DNA of 64,000 nucleotides from NCBI RefSeq assembly GCF_039654945.1, contig NW_027361696.1, positions 60,760,001 to 60,824,000 of the forward strand, read 5' to 3'. The notes under the pieces are model-generated. The model made no database searches. It had not been told where the DNA came from and saw nothing but the letters and a program-made list of their open reading frames with translations. A program made the translations under genes and the position numbers. Below, piece after piece: positions 1-13,159 of this stretch; position 1 is the stretch's first letter, and every line of letters starts with the position of its first letter. This DNA comes from Dendrobates tinctorius. Lineage: Eukaryota.

Positions 1-469
1 AGCAACAGAGCAAAGCTAAGTGGTGTTCCCCTGTTTTGTCACTTTTGCTTATGTATGTTTAGTGCAGTGGTGGGATTAGTTTCCGCACCGACCAATTCCC
101 TAGTGAGGGTTTAGGTGCAGGGCGAGTCAGGGTTTTTAGGTTTCTGATCGGCGCCCGGTGCGGAATCGACCTAGGGAACGTTAGGAGTGTAGAGACACTG
201 ACTCAGGGGAGTGCAGGAGGTCTCCACTTCCCCATTCCCTATCGCAGGGCCATCATTGTTATTGTTACCCAGGTTTCCCCTATTCCCTTGTCTTATTGTA
301 TTAGTTACCGGCCTGCTGGCAGCGTCACATAGGACAATTACACGTGCCGCGTCCTGTTGTATCAGTTACCGGCCTGCTGGCCGTGTCACTCAGGACGGGG
401 CACGTGACAGGAAGACAGTGCAGATAGAGACCTGGGCACAAATAATGAAATTGGGGGTGGGGGTGGCAT

Positions 470-3400
470 GGGGGGTGGGGTTAGAACAGTTAATATATTA
501 AAAAAGAATAGAGGTACAGAGAGATACATAAAGTGCATGATTACTAATGCCAGAAGCCTCGCCAACAAAATGGAGGAATTGGAGTTAATGTTATTGGAAC
601 ATAATTATGACATGGTGGGGATATCTGAGACATGGCTGGACGAGAGCCACGACTGGGCAGTTAATTTACAGGGCTATAGTCTGTTCAGAAATGACCGTAT
701 GAATAAGCGAGGGGGAGGCGCGTGTTTATATGTAAAATCATCATTAAAACCCATCCTGCGTGATAATATATATGAATCTAATGAAAATGTAGAGTCCCTG
801 TGGGTAGAGATAAGGGGAGGGGGAAAAAATAATAAATTACTGATAGGGGTTTGTTATAAGTCTCCAAAAATAATGGAAGCAACAGAGAATATCCTCATAA
901 AGCAAATAGATGAAGCGGCGACTCAAGGAGAAGTCATTATTATAGGGGACTTCAACTACCCTGAAATACATTGGGGAACCGAAACCTGCAGTTCCAGCAA
1001 AGGTAATAGGTTTTTGACAACTATGAGAGACAATTACCTTTCACAACTTGTTCAGGGCCCAATAAGAGGGGGGCACTGCTAGACCTAATATTAACCAACA
1101 GGCCAGACCGCATATCAAATATAAGGGTTGGGGGTCACTTGGGTAATAGTGATCACAAAATAATAGGTTTTCATGTATCCTTTAATAAAATGTGTAGTAG
1201 AGGGGTTGCAAGGACACTAAACTTCAGGATGGCAAATTTCCAACGGATGAGAGATGATCTTGGTGCAATTAACTGGGACGATATCCTGAGACATAAAAAT
1301 ACACAAAGAAAATGGGAGATGTTTATTAGCATCCTGAATAGGACCTGTGCACAATATATACCGTATGGGAATAAACATGCTAGAAATAGGAGGAGACCAC
1401 TATGGTTAAATAGAGCTGTAAGGGGAGCAATAAGTGACAAAAATAAAGCATTTAGAGAATTAAAGCAAGTAGGTAGTGATAAGGCATTAAATAAATACAG
1501 AAAATTAAATAAATTCTGTAAAAAGCAAATCAAAATAGCAAAGATTGAGACAGAGAGACTCATTGCCAGAGAAAGTAAAACTAATCCCAAAATATTCTTT
1601 AACTACATAAATAGTAAGAAACTAAAAAATGATAGCGTCGGTCCCCTTAAAAATAGTCTGGGTGAAATGGTGGATGAGGATAAGGAAAAAGCCAATATGC
1701 TAAATGACTTTTTTTCAACAGTATTTACACAAGAAAATCCCATAACGGATAACATGATCGGGGATAAAAATTCTCCATTAAATGTTACCAGATTAACCCA
1801 GCAGAAAGTACGGCGGCGTCTAAAAATCACTAAAATTGACAAATCCCCGGGCCCGGATGGGATACTGCAGGAATTAAGCACAGTCATAGATAGACCATTA
1901 TTTTTAATCTTTAAAGATTCCATAATAACAGGGTCTGTACCACAGGACTGGCGTATAGCAAATGTGGTGCCAATATTCAAAAAGGGGACAAAAACTGAAC
2001 TTGGAAATTATAGGCCAGTAAGTTTAACCTCAACTGTGGGTAAAATCCTGGAGGGTTTTCTAAGAGATATTATACTGGAGTATCTGGAGAAGAATAACCT
2101 CATGACCCAATATCAACATGGGTTTAAAAGGGACCGTTCCTGTCAGACTAATCTGATAAGCTTTTATGAAGAGGTAATTTCCAGACTGGACCAACGGAAT
2201 GCAGTGGATGTGGTGTACGTGGACTTTTCAAAAGCTTTTGATACAGTGCCACACAAAAGGTTGATACATAAAATGAGAACAATGGGGATAGGGGAAAATA
2301 TGTGTTAGTGGGTTAAGAGCTGGCTCAGGGATAGGAAACAAAGGGTGGTTATTAATGGAGCACACTCGGACTGGGTCACTGTTAGCAGTGGGGTACCACA
2401 GGGGTCAGTTTTGGGCCCACTTCTTTTTAACATATTTATTAATGACCTTGTAGGGGGCATAGAGAGTAGAATTTCAATATTTGCAGATGACACTAAACTC
2501 TGCAGGGTAATCAGTACAGAGGAGGACAATTTTATATTACAGGAGGATTTATGTAAACTAGAAGCTTGGGCTGATAAATAGCAAATGAGCTTTAATGGGG
2601 ATAAATGTAAGGTCATGCACTTGGGTAGAACGAACAAGATGTATAATTATGTGCTTAATTTTAAAACACTGGGCAAAACTGTCAGTGAAAAAGACCTGGT
2701 TGTATGGGTGGACGACAAACTCATATTTAGTGGCCAGTGTCAGGCAGCTGCTGTAAAGGCAAATAAAATTAATGGGATGCATTAAAAGAGGCATAGATGC
2801 TCATGAGGAGAACATAATTTTACCTCTATATAAGTCACTAGTGCGACTACACTTAGAACACTGTGTACAGTTCTGGTCTCCGGTGTATAAGAAAGACATA
2901 GCTGAACTGGAGCAGGTGCAGAGAAGAGCGACCAAGGTTATTAGGGAACTAGGGGGTCTGCAATACCAAGACAGGTTATTACACTTGGGGTTATTTAGTT
3001 TGGAAAATCGAAGGCTTTGGGGTGATCTTATTACAATGTATAAATATATGCGGGGACAATACAAAGACCTTTCTAATGATCTTTTTACTCTTAGACCTGT
3101 GACGGGGACAAGGGGGCATACTCTACGTCTGGAGGAAAGAAGGTTTAAGCATACTCACAGACGCGGATTCTTTACTGTAAGAGCAGTGAGACTATGGAAC
3201 TCTCTGCCATATGATGCTGTAATGAGTGATTCCCTAATAAAATTTAAGAAGGGACTGGATGCCTTTCTTGAAAAGTATAATATTACAGGGTATATACACT
3301 AGTTTCCTTAATATTGCGTTGATCCAGGGAGCTAGTCTGATTGCCGTATGTGGAGTCAGGAAGGAATTTTTTTCCCCAATGTGAAGCTTACTGTTTGCCA

Positions 3401-3529
3401 CATGGGTTTTTTTTGCCTTCCTCTGGATCAACATGTTAGGGCAAGTTAGGATAGGATATGGGTTGAACTAGATGGACTTAAAGTCTTCCTTCAACCTTAA
3501 TACTGTAACTATGTTACTATGTTACTATG
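470..3529 (+). mobile_element. CR1-clade LINE, ORF2 (APE endonuclease + reverse transcriptase), degenerate and 5'-truncated, with 3' tail
   Basis: ORFs 468-1082 (NARSL, ISETW, GDFN), 1139-2308 (KSPGPDG, NYRPVSL, QHGF, DFSKAFD), 2345-2581 (GVPQGSVLGP, FADD) and 2772-3302 form one ORF2 broken by frameshifts and stops. It ends in an 8-mer tail (aactatgt tactatgt tactatga, about 3506-3529) typical of CR1. Confidence 0.95.
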
Positions 3530-3620
3530 ATACAGTAAAATCACACTGACAGGTTTAATAAAGAAACGAAAGAATAGATATATACACATAGAATACACGT
3601 ATATATACAGTATATATATA

Positions 3621-5251
3621 CAGTACAGACCAAAAGTTTGGACACACCTTCTCATTCAAAGAGTTTTCTTTATTTTCATGACTATGAAAATTGTAGATTC
3701 ACTCTGAAGGCATCAAGACTGTGAATTAACACATGTGGAATTATATAATTAACAAAAAATTGTGAAACAACTGAAAATATGTCTTATATTCTAGGTTCTT
3801 CAAAGTAGCCACCTTTTGCTTTGATTACTGCTTTGCACACTCTTGGCATTCTCTTGATGAGCTTCAAGAGGTAGTCACTGGAAATGGTTTTCATTTCACA
3901 GGTGTGCCCTGTCAGGTTTAATAAGTGGGATTTTTTGCCTTATAAATGGGGTTGGGACCATCAGTTGTGTTGTGCAGAAGTCTGGTGGATACACAGCTGA
4001 TAGTCCTACTGAATAAACTGTTAGAATTTGTATTATGGCAAGAAAAAAGCAGCTGAGTAAAGAAAAACAAGTGGCCATCATTACTTTAGGAAATGAAGGT
4101 CAGTCAGTTCGAAAAATTGGGAAAACTTTGAAAGTGTCCCCAAGTGCAGTGGCAAAAACCATCAAGCGCTACAAAGAAACTAGCTCTCATGAGGACCGCC
4201 CCAGGAAAGGAAGACCAAGAGTCACCTCTGCTGCGGAGGATAAGTTCATCCTAGTCACCAGCCTCAGAAATCGCAGGTTAACAGCAGCTCAGATTAGAGA
4301 CCAGGTCAGTGTCACACAGAGTTCTAGCAGCAGACACATCTCTACAACAACTGTTAAGAGGAGACTTTGTGCAGCAGGCCTTCATGGTAAAAAAGCTGCT
4401 AGGAAACCACTGCTAAGGACAGGCAACAAGCAGAAGAGACTTGTTTGGGCTAAAGAACACAAGGAATGGACATTAGACCAGTGGGAAATCTGTGCTTTGG
4501 TCTGATGAGTCCAAATTTGAGATCTTTGGTTCCAACCACCGTGTATTTGCGCGACGCAGAAAAGGTGAACGGATGGACTCTACATGCCTGGTTCCCACCG
4601 TGAAGCATGGAGGAGGAGGTGTGATAGTGTGGGGGTGCTTTGCTGGTGACACTGTTGGAGACTTATTCAAAATTGAAGGCATACTGAACCAGCATGGCTA
4701 CCACAGCATCTTGCAGCGGCATGCTATTCCGTCCGGTTTGCGTTTAGTTGGACGATCATTTATTTTTCAACAGGACAATGACCCCAAACACACCTCCAGG
4801 CTGTGTAAGGGCTATTTGACCAAGAAGGAGAGTGATGGGATGCTACGCCAGATGACCTGGCCTCCACAGTCACCAGACCTGAACCCAATCGAGATGGTTT
4901 GGGGTGAGCTGGACCGCAGAGTGAAGGCAAAAGGGCCAACAAGTGCTAAGCATCTCTGGAAACTCCTTCAAGACTGTTGGAAGACCATTTCCGGTGACCA
5001 CCTCTTGAAGCTCATCAAGAGAATGCCAAGAGTGTGCAAAGCAGTAATCAAACCAAAAGGTGGCTACTTTGAAGAACCTAGAATATAAGACGTGTTTTCA
5101 GTTGTTTCACACTTTTTTGTTAATTATATAATTCCACATGTGTTAATTCATAGTTTTGATGCCTTCAGAGTGAATCTACAATTTTCATAGTTATGAAAAT
5201 AAAGAAAACTTTTTGAATGAGAAGGTTTGTCCAAACTTTTGGTCTGTACTG
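3621..5251 (+). mobile_element. Tc1-superfamily DNA transposon with DD38E catalytic spacing; one frameshift
   Basis: TA|CAGTACAGACCAAAAGTTTGGAC...GTCCAAACTTTTGGTCTGTACTG|TA; TIRs about 265 bp. Transposase spans 4035-5088, split by one extra G near 4483. 38 residues lie between QQD and NPIE. Confidence 0.93.
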
Positions 5252-5971
5252 TATATATATGCACATTTTATGTGTCTACTGTATATCTATTCTTTCGTTT
5301 GTGTTTGAAAACCTGTCATTGGGCTCCATTATATGTCCATTTTGCAAGCCGGCGAGAGATTCTCGGCATACGGATGCTTACATGGGAAAAATACGTGGCC
5401 ACACCCTGACAACGGATGAACATACGGATCACTATTTAGGGACCATTTATGCGTATTACGGCCACACAATACAGTCCGTATTTTTATACGTTGTGTGTGA
5501 CGCCGGCCTAAGAGTAAGAAAGAAGTTTCCCTATTGGCACCAGCATGTAATAAGGGAATACTAGGTAGAGCTTTCCAATTCCTGCACTTTTTTTTTAATC
5601 TAAGCACTCATAAGTGTGACCTAATCTTACAGGAGTTGACCAGGATAAAAAAAAAATATGGCTGCCTTCTTTCAAAAACAGCACGTTCCCTACCTACAAG
5701 TTGGATTTGGTAGCTATTCACGTCAATGGCAGGGAACTGCAGTATCAGACCCAACCTGTTGACAGGGCTGACACAGTTTTCTTAAGAAGCCAGTCATGTT
5801 TTTCTAATTCTGAGCTACCCATTTAATAAAGGGGTTATCCAGGAGTATATTTGTTTTTCTGGATTTTGCCAACTACATGCTTCTTCTATCTGGCACTGGT
5901 TTTGAGGGGTCACTCTAGTGCTCCGCTGCTCTCTGTCAACAAAGTAGCTCTTCTTTTGGGTTGTTCTGTAA

Positions 5972-6850
5972 ATGGGGCGTGACTGCTGATGTCATGCTGA
6001 TTGACAGCCAGCTCCCCGCAGTGGGGCGTGACTGCCAACGTCATGCTGATTGACAACCAGCTCCCCGCAGTGGGGTGTGACTGCCAACGTCATGCTCATT
6101 GACAGCCAGCTCCCCGCAGTGGGGTGTGACTGCCAATGTCATGCTGATTGACAACCAGCTCCCTGCAGTGGGGTGTGACTGCCAATGTCATGCTGATAGA
6201 CAACCAGCTCCCTGCAGTGGGGTGTGACTGCCAATGTCATGCTGATTGACAACCAGCTCCCTGCAGTTGGATGTGAGTTTCAACGTCATGCTGATAGACA
6301 GCTAGCTCCCTGCAGTGGGGCATGACTGCCAACATCATGCTGATTGACAGCCAGCTCCCCGCAGTGGAGCGTGACCGCCAAAGTCATGCTGATTGACAAC
6401 CAGCTCCCCGCAGTGGGGCGTGACTGCCTACGTCATGCTGATTGACAGCCAGCTCCCCGCAATGGGGAGTGACTGCCAGCGTCATGCTGATTGACAACCA
6501 GCTCCCCGCAGTGGGGCGTGACTGCCAACATCATTCTGATTGACACCCAGCTCCCCGCAGTGGGGCGTGACTGCCAAAGTCATGCTGATTGACAACCAGC
6601 TCCCTGCAGTGGGGCGTGACTGCTTACGTCATGCTGACTGACAGCCAGCTCCCCGCAATGGGGAGCAACTGCTAGCGTCATGCTGATTGACAGCCAGCTC
6701 CTCGCAGTCGGGCCTGACTGCCAAAGTCATGCTGATTGACAACCAGCTCTCCGCAGTGGGGCTTGACCGCCAACGTCATGCTGATTGACAGCCAGCTCCC
6801 CGCAGTGGGGAGTGACTTCCAACATCATGCTGATTGACAGCCGACTCCCT
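5972..6850. repeat. 49-bp minisatellite, about 18 copies
   Basis: Unit gtggggcgtgactgccaacgtcatgctgattgacaaccagctccccgca; period 49 (6021, 6070, ...). Probably sits inside a T2/Kolobok-like MITE starting aggggttatcc at about 5830. Confidence 0.92.
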
Positions 6851-7225
6851 GAACCTCAGCAGCAGGAAACCGGCTATCAATCAACAGTTACGCCCCGTCA
6901 GCAGACCAGAAACAAAGAGAAGCTGCTGCCTTGTCAATGTGACTTCAGTGGAAGCCACAAAATTGCCAGTAGGAGTGGTTATTGACCACACTGTGCCAGC
7001 AGAGATCAGCACGGGGCACAACAATCAGGGGTAAGTAGTAAATTAAATTAGAATCTTGTATGGTGGATTTAAAGATAAAAATTTTCATATATTCTGACAA
7101 AAATGAGACCACAGTACAGAAGTAATATAAAGTGGTAGCATGCGAAATGCCCATTGTAACATGCATGTCCTGTGCTGAATTCAGACACAAGTCAGAAGTG
7201 ACCGACCTCTGAACATTGAGCTCAC

Positions 7226-7317
7226 TGTTTGCTTGGACTTGGACCCTCAGTACTGACAACACAGCAGAAAGTGTATATAACAAAGTGACTCATGAGCCCC
7301 GAGATAGTCCAGAGAAG
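7226..7317 (+). promoter_or_regulatory. apoc2: Candidate apoc2 promoter and short non-coding exon 1
   Basis: FOXA-like TGTTTGC at 7226; DR1/HNF4-like TGGACTTGGACCC at 7234-7246; TATATAA at 7274-7280; donor AAG|gtaatg after 7317. It lies 1.5 kb upstream of the signal-peptide exon, which has its own acceptor. Confidence 0.55.
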
Positions 7318-8793
7318 GTAATGATGGCGGGGAGAAGGTTTGGGGGATATCATGAATTTTTTTTCTAGTAAAAGTTACAAAATTTGAGGAAAACGTCTGC
7401 AAAAATTTCAATGGAAAATGGACTTCTGGAAGTGCGGTCGTCTCATAGAAGATGCCCAGTATACAGAGTATATAGATGTGAGAGTCTGTCTGGGTAAAGG
7501 AGTGCTCCTCTTGGGTAGCTTTCACTGTACATACATTTCTTCATCTTCCTATATTGGTTCACATTGACGCAATGTATCATTAATGTTTAATCTGACATGT
7601 TTCAAAATTTGTTTTTTACAGATTATCTGCTTATTTCCGGTGTATTTCCAAAGGTAAGTGGCTATTGCAATGTGTCTGATAGTGGATGGATGCCATCTAC
7701 TGAAATATATCGATGCTACAATTATCTTGTGTCGTAAGATAATATTTGCATGTCGATCTTGCAAAAAGTACATCTGTGATTTTGTAACAAGTTATCTGTT
7801 CTTCCCGGTTCTCCTGCTGCAGTTTGTATTTCTTGCAGAGTTTTATCTCTTCCTTCTTACTTTTAGCTTAAAATAATCAACTTTTTTATGAATGGGTGCA
7901 TCATCTACTGAACACTTTAGGAGCATGGACAGAATTACGGTAACTAATAGGGAGTAAATAGCTCTCGGATAGTAGGGATGAAGACGCTGGCAGACACGGA
8001 CAGAAAAGGGCCCCTGTGCCAGAACAATATATAGGCCCACTGCAGCCTAATAGTTCATCATAATGCACAATTCCATCGGGTTTAGAGGCGGTAGTGGTCC
8101 CCTTACCTGTTGGACCCCTGTGCAGCTGCACCAATAATATGTGCACACCTGCTGAAAAAAAGTTGCATTATAAACTACATTAAACCCCCAAAATGATTAT
8201 ATTGGTTGAATAAGAGGGATAGTTCTGCAACTAAGGTTTGTGATTATCTGTTAGGCCCACTTATATGTCGCCATCATAATCTAGAGTGCTTTACAGATGT
8301 CATCATCTCGGTCCCCATTGGGGCTTATAATTTATATTCTCTATCTGTAAATCTTTCTAGTATGGTACAAAACCCAGGAAAACATGGGAAACGTACAAAC
8401 GCCACACTTTAGGTTTGAACCCAGTACCCCATCATCAGTGCAGGGGCGGAAAAATCAATGGTGCAACCTGTGCAGCTGCATAGGGGCCCAATAGGTAAAA
8501 GGGGACACTTCCACTTCCAAAGCCACAAGCATCTTCTGTCATATTGGACTATATTATTCTTGCACAAATTTACTTTTCTATTTGTACAAGCCACCGACAA
8601 GCCGCCATGATGCCCATCTACCACCACCGTATCCATTTTCTTCACACTTTAGATGGAACTATATGTTATTTTTCACAATCACTTCTAATAAGTGATGCAA
8701 ATAATACAGCATATCTTCTACTCTATGCTACAAAAATAAAAGTAACTTATATAAATCCTTTTTGCAGGCGACCAGTAGAGATTGGACTAGATC

Positions 8794-8848
8794 ATGAATA
8801 AAACACAAGTTTTAGCCATTTCCCTGCTTCTCCTGCTCATCAGTACAG
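8794..8848 (+). CDS. apoc2: Apolipoprotein C-II coding exon 1 (signal peptide MNKTQVLAISLLLLLIST-G)
   Basis: Acceptor tttttgcag ends at 8767; ATG at 8794; hydrophobic signal sequence; phase-1 donor G|gtctgt joins in frame with 12432. Confidence 0.85.
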
Positions 8849-8884
8849 GTCTGTATCACTAATGTGCCATATTGATCTTTCAAA

Positions 8885-9004
8885 ACTGTCTTAACAGTGT
8901 AACTGTTTTTGTTGCCCGTAGCAACCAACAACAACTCAGATTAATATTGTAAAGCTGCAATTGGTTGCTACGGGCAACAAAAACAGTTACACTTTTAAGA
9001 TAGT
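8885..9004. repeat. Short palindromic MITE-like inverted repeat
   Basis: gtgtaactgtttttgttgcccgtagcaacc and ggttgctacgggcaacaaaaacagttacac are reverse complements. Confidence 0.75.
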
Positions 9005-9821
9005 TCTGGACATTCCGTCCCTATCATTTATATCATATCTTCTGTATAAGGAAAAAAAGGTTAATTATGCTATGGGATCACTTTATGGGGATTTTTTTAA
9101 TTAGTAAATTCATTTTTAAATCCTCTATGGCACTGTATGTCATCCGTATGTTTGTTTTACCATATGAACTTCATTTTATATGTAAACTATAGTAGATATG
9201 AGTGAATCTCTCAAAATTTGCTTCGGGCAGGATCTCTCGATTCTATAGGCAAATGTAATTACTTCTGAATAAAAACGAATAGAGAAAGCCTTCAGGACCA
9301 AAAACGTCTGAAGAACGGACTATTCACTTTTTTTAATAACTGCATGGTGGCTTTGGAAACCTGAAGCAGTTAAAAAATGCTCAAAAGTTAGAACGTATGA
9401 CCAGCAAGTCGTTTTGAAGCTTTTTAAGGAAGGTTTCGGAGTGGATTTGCTTGAAATAAAAACCCATTATGTGCACATACCCTAAGGCCAAGTTCACAGG
9501 TTGCTTTTTTGCTGTGTTCATTTCACTCAGAAAGCAGAAAAAAATGCAGGGTTGCGTTTCTTGTAGCATTTCTGCACTTTCTCATTACTTTCTATGATAT
9601 AAAAATGCTGCAAAAACACTGAAAGAATCAACATGCTGCAGTTGAAAAAAAAGCAGCAGTGTTTCAAATAAAAAAAAAAGCATTTGTGTGCATGAAATTT
9701 CTGAAATCCCATAGCTTTTGCTGGTACTGTAAAAGGCAGCTAAAAAAAAAAAAACGCATCAAGAAACCACAATGTGTGAACATACCCCTACAGTGCAAAT
9801 ACCCATCGTGGTGTGCACATA

Positions 9822-12210
9822 CAGTGGGTACGGAGAGTATTCAGACCCCTTTAAATTTTTCACTCTTTATTTCATTGCAGCCATTTGGTATATTAAAAGA
9901 AGCTCATTTTTCTCATTAATGTACACTCTGCACCTCATCTTACTGAAAAAAACTGACATGTAGAAATTTTTGCAAATTTATTAAAAAAGAAAAACTGAAA
10001 TATCACATGGTCATAAGTATTCAGCCCCTTTGCTCAGTATTGAGTAGAAGCACCCTTTTGAGCTAGTACAGCCACGAGTCTTCTTGGAAATGATGCAACA
10101 AGTTTTTCACACCTGGATTTGGGGATCCTCTGCCATTCTTCCTTGCAGATCCTCTCTAGTTCTGTCAGGTTGGATGGTGAACGTTGATGCACAGCCATTT
10201 TCAGGTCTCTCCAGAGATGCTCAATTGGGTTTAGGTCAGGGCTCTGGCAGGGCCAGTCAAGAATGGTCACAGAGTTGTTCTGAAGCCACTCCTTTGTTAT
10301 TTTAGCTGTGTGCTTAGGGTCATTGTATGGTTGGAAGGTGAACCTTTAGCCAAGTCTGAGGTCCAGAGCACTCTGGAAGAGGTTTTCATCCAGGATATCT
10401 CTGTACTTGGCAGCATTAATGTTTCCTTCAGTGGCAACCAGTCATCCTGTCCCTGCAGCTGAAAAACACCCCCATAGCATGATGCTGCCAACACCATGTT
10501 TCAATGTTGGGATTGTATTGGGCAGGTGATGAGCAGTGCCTGGTTTTCTCCATATATACCACTTAAAATTATCACCAAAATGTTCTATCTTCATCTCATC
10601 AGACAAGAGAATCTTACAGTATATCTCATAGTCTGGGAGTCCTTCATGTGTTTTTTTAGCAAACTCTCTGCGGGCTTTCATATGCCTTGCACTGAGGAGA
10701 GGCTTCCGTCGAGCCACTCTGCCATAAAGGCCCAACTGGTAGAGGGTTGCAGTGATAGTTGACTTGTGGAACTTTCTCTCATCTCCCTACTGCACCTGTG
10801 GCGCTCAGCCACAGTGATCTTGAGGTTTTTCGTTACCTCTCTCTTCAAGGCTCTTCTCCCAGCTCAGTTTGGCTGGACGGCCAGGTTTAGGAAGACTTCT
10901 GGTGGCCCCAAACTTCTTCCATGTAAGGATTATGGAGGCCACTGTGCTCTTAGGAACCTTGAGTACTGCAGAAATTCTTTTGTAACCTTGGCCAGATCTG
11001 TGCCTCACCACAATTCTGTTTCTGAGCTCCTTGGCCTGTTCATTTTGACCTCATCATTCTCATTTGGTCTGACATGCATTGTGAGCTGTGAGATCTTATA
11101 TAGACAGGTGTGTGCCCTTACAAATTAAGTCCTATCATTTTAATTAAACACAGCTGGACTCCAATGAGGGAGTAGAACCATCTCATGGAGGATCACAAGG
11201 AAATGGACAGCATGTGACTTAAATATGAGAGTCTGAGCAAAGGGTCTGAATGCTTATGTTAGCGTGGGTAGTCTGGAGCCGGAAACTCCAGGAGTGGACC
11301 CTCTGGACCGTGGCACCGAGGGGCCCCGGGCGAGCTGCCAGGTGGAACCGACCCCTATACAGGGACCGTTAGGAGCAGGCCCAGGGGTTCGAGTACCACG
11401 GTAGCCGGTACCGAGAGGGGCGGCTCAGGATGGACCGGAGTAGGACTGTGGGACAGAAGTATAGATGACGGAGCAGGAACACTGGAGGCAGGACTGGAGT
11501 AGGACGGCAGGACTGGAGTAGGATGGAACAGAAACACTGGAGGCAGGACTAGAGTAGGACAGCAGGACTGGAGCAGGATGGAACAGGAACACTGGAGACA
11601 GGACTGGAGTAGGACGGCAGGACTGGAGTAGGATGGAACAGGAACACTGGAGACAGGACCGAGAGGCTGCTGCGGAGAGCAGGCAAGAACAGAACTGCAG
11701 GAGCTGAGAGCACACGATGCAGCGAGGCCAGTGTGCTTGGAAACACAACAATCAGGCACCTCCCACAGGGGGAAGCGGCCTGATATGCTCCTGTCTGGTC
11801 TGCCATTGGTCAGGGAGGTGCTTCCCGGTCAGGGCATAGCCAGAGCACAGAAGCAGGAGGGAGGCGTGGCCGCGGCCTATGGCGCATGCGCATTGCATGC
11901 AGGGACGCCGCCGACCGCGCACCTGCCGGAGGCGACCCCCGTGGATGTCGGGCGGCGGGAGGCTGCGGCGTGAAAGCGATGGCCGGGTGAGTACGCAGGG
12001 ACGGTGTAACAGTTTATGACCATGTCATATTTTGTTTTTTCTTTTTTAATAATTTTTGCAAAAATTTCTACATCTCTGTTTTTTTCAGTCAAGATGGGGT
12101 GCAGAGTGTACATTAATGAGAAAAAAATGAGCTTTTTTGAATTTACCAAATGGCTGCAATGAAACAAAGTGAAAACTGTAAAGGGGTCTGAATACTTTAC
12201 GTACCCACTG
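9822..12210 (-). mobile_element. Degenerate Tc1 (DD34E-type) transposon interrupted by an LTR-like insertion
   Basis: TA|CAGTGGGTACG...CGTACCCACTG|TA with long TIRs. Minus-strand transposase fragments include [27 protein letters not shown] and [12 protein letters not shown]. Confidence 0.9.
11257..12011. mobile_element. Solo LTR-like insertion containing tandem repeats
   Basis: TGTTA...TAACA termini; near 5-bp TSD gctta/gttta; it splits the Tc1 sequence (tgaatgctta|...|gtttatgaccatg); internal ggactggagtagga repeats. Confidence 0.65.
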
Positions 12211-12431
12211 TACCCCTTGAAAGCAGACTTGCCTTGAAAAATGTCATGTGCACAAACCCTTAGGCATCACCTGGCCGCTAAATCCAGAATCTGCATACTA
12301 GACAATTTTTGGTAAAATTTGAGGAGATAAATTTGCTCATCAGAATTACTCATTTGTCCTGTAAGGTAGCTGTATGAAATCATTGAACATCTCCGCCTCT
12401 TCCTCATCCAAAATGCTGTCTCTGTTTGCAG

Positions 12432-12582
12432 GAATTGAGAGCTACAGGATAAAGAAGCGAGAGTCTCCAACATACTGGTCCCAAGCACAAGACATACTGA
12501 GTTCTACATGGGAGCAAGTCAGTGGGAAAGCTCAGGAACTGTATGAGAAGACAATATCCTTAGGAGTAGATGAGAAGGTTAA
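12432..12582 (+). CDS. apoc2: Apolipoprotein C-II coding exon 2
   Basis: tttgcag|GA ATT GAG...GTT AA|gtaagt; 151 nt, phase 1 to phase 2. Encodes IESYRIKKRESPTYWSQAQDILSSTWEQVSGKAQELYEKTISLGVDEKVK, matching the apoC-II AQxLYEKT..VDEK pattern. Confidence 0.9.
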
Positions 12583-13159
12583 GTAAGTATTTTAATAATC
12601 AAGTACTTGACCAGTTGTCTTTTTCTGTTACATTATTAAAAGTTCTACTATTTTCCAGCCGAGTTTGCTGGATCACTCCATTTCTAGACAGATTGGCCTT
12701 TGTAGAAAGGTTGGGTGACATTTTTCGAGTAGAACAAACATTTTTTTGCACCAGATGAAAATGCTAAGGACATGAAAAGTCCTAAACTTCTGTGATTACC
12801 TATCATACCACTAATTTTTGTCCTTGAAGGCCACTGGGCTGTTTGACTAAAGGCGTTGTCCACTCCCTTTCAATGTTCCTCTACCAATGGTTCCAAGCTC
12901 TGATCCAAGAATGGTCCATAAACATCCAGCAGAAGACAAATTATTATTTTATTTAATATTCAGCAGAATTAAGTTTGGTGACTCGCTTCTCCTGCTAATA
13001 CATGTTATCATAGGGATTACCAGTAGCAAGTAATGTGTACTACCATATAATTTACTGCTTTTTACAAAGTTTATAATCATACTGCTTCTTAAATTGAGCC
13101 CTTGACAGCCAAATTATTAACAGCTTCCCCAACACGGAATTATGTCTCCACAGTCCTCA

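Noticed and set aside
1-410. Possible LTR 3' end at the window start
   Set aside because: Truncated by the window edge; no TSD or partner terminus to confirm it.
11355-11806. Cys/Pro/Ser-rich ORFs
   Set aside because: Tandem repeats inside the solo-LTR-like insertion.
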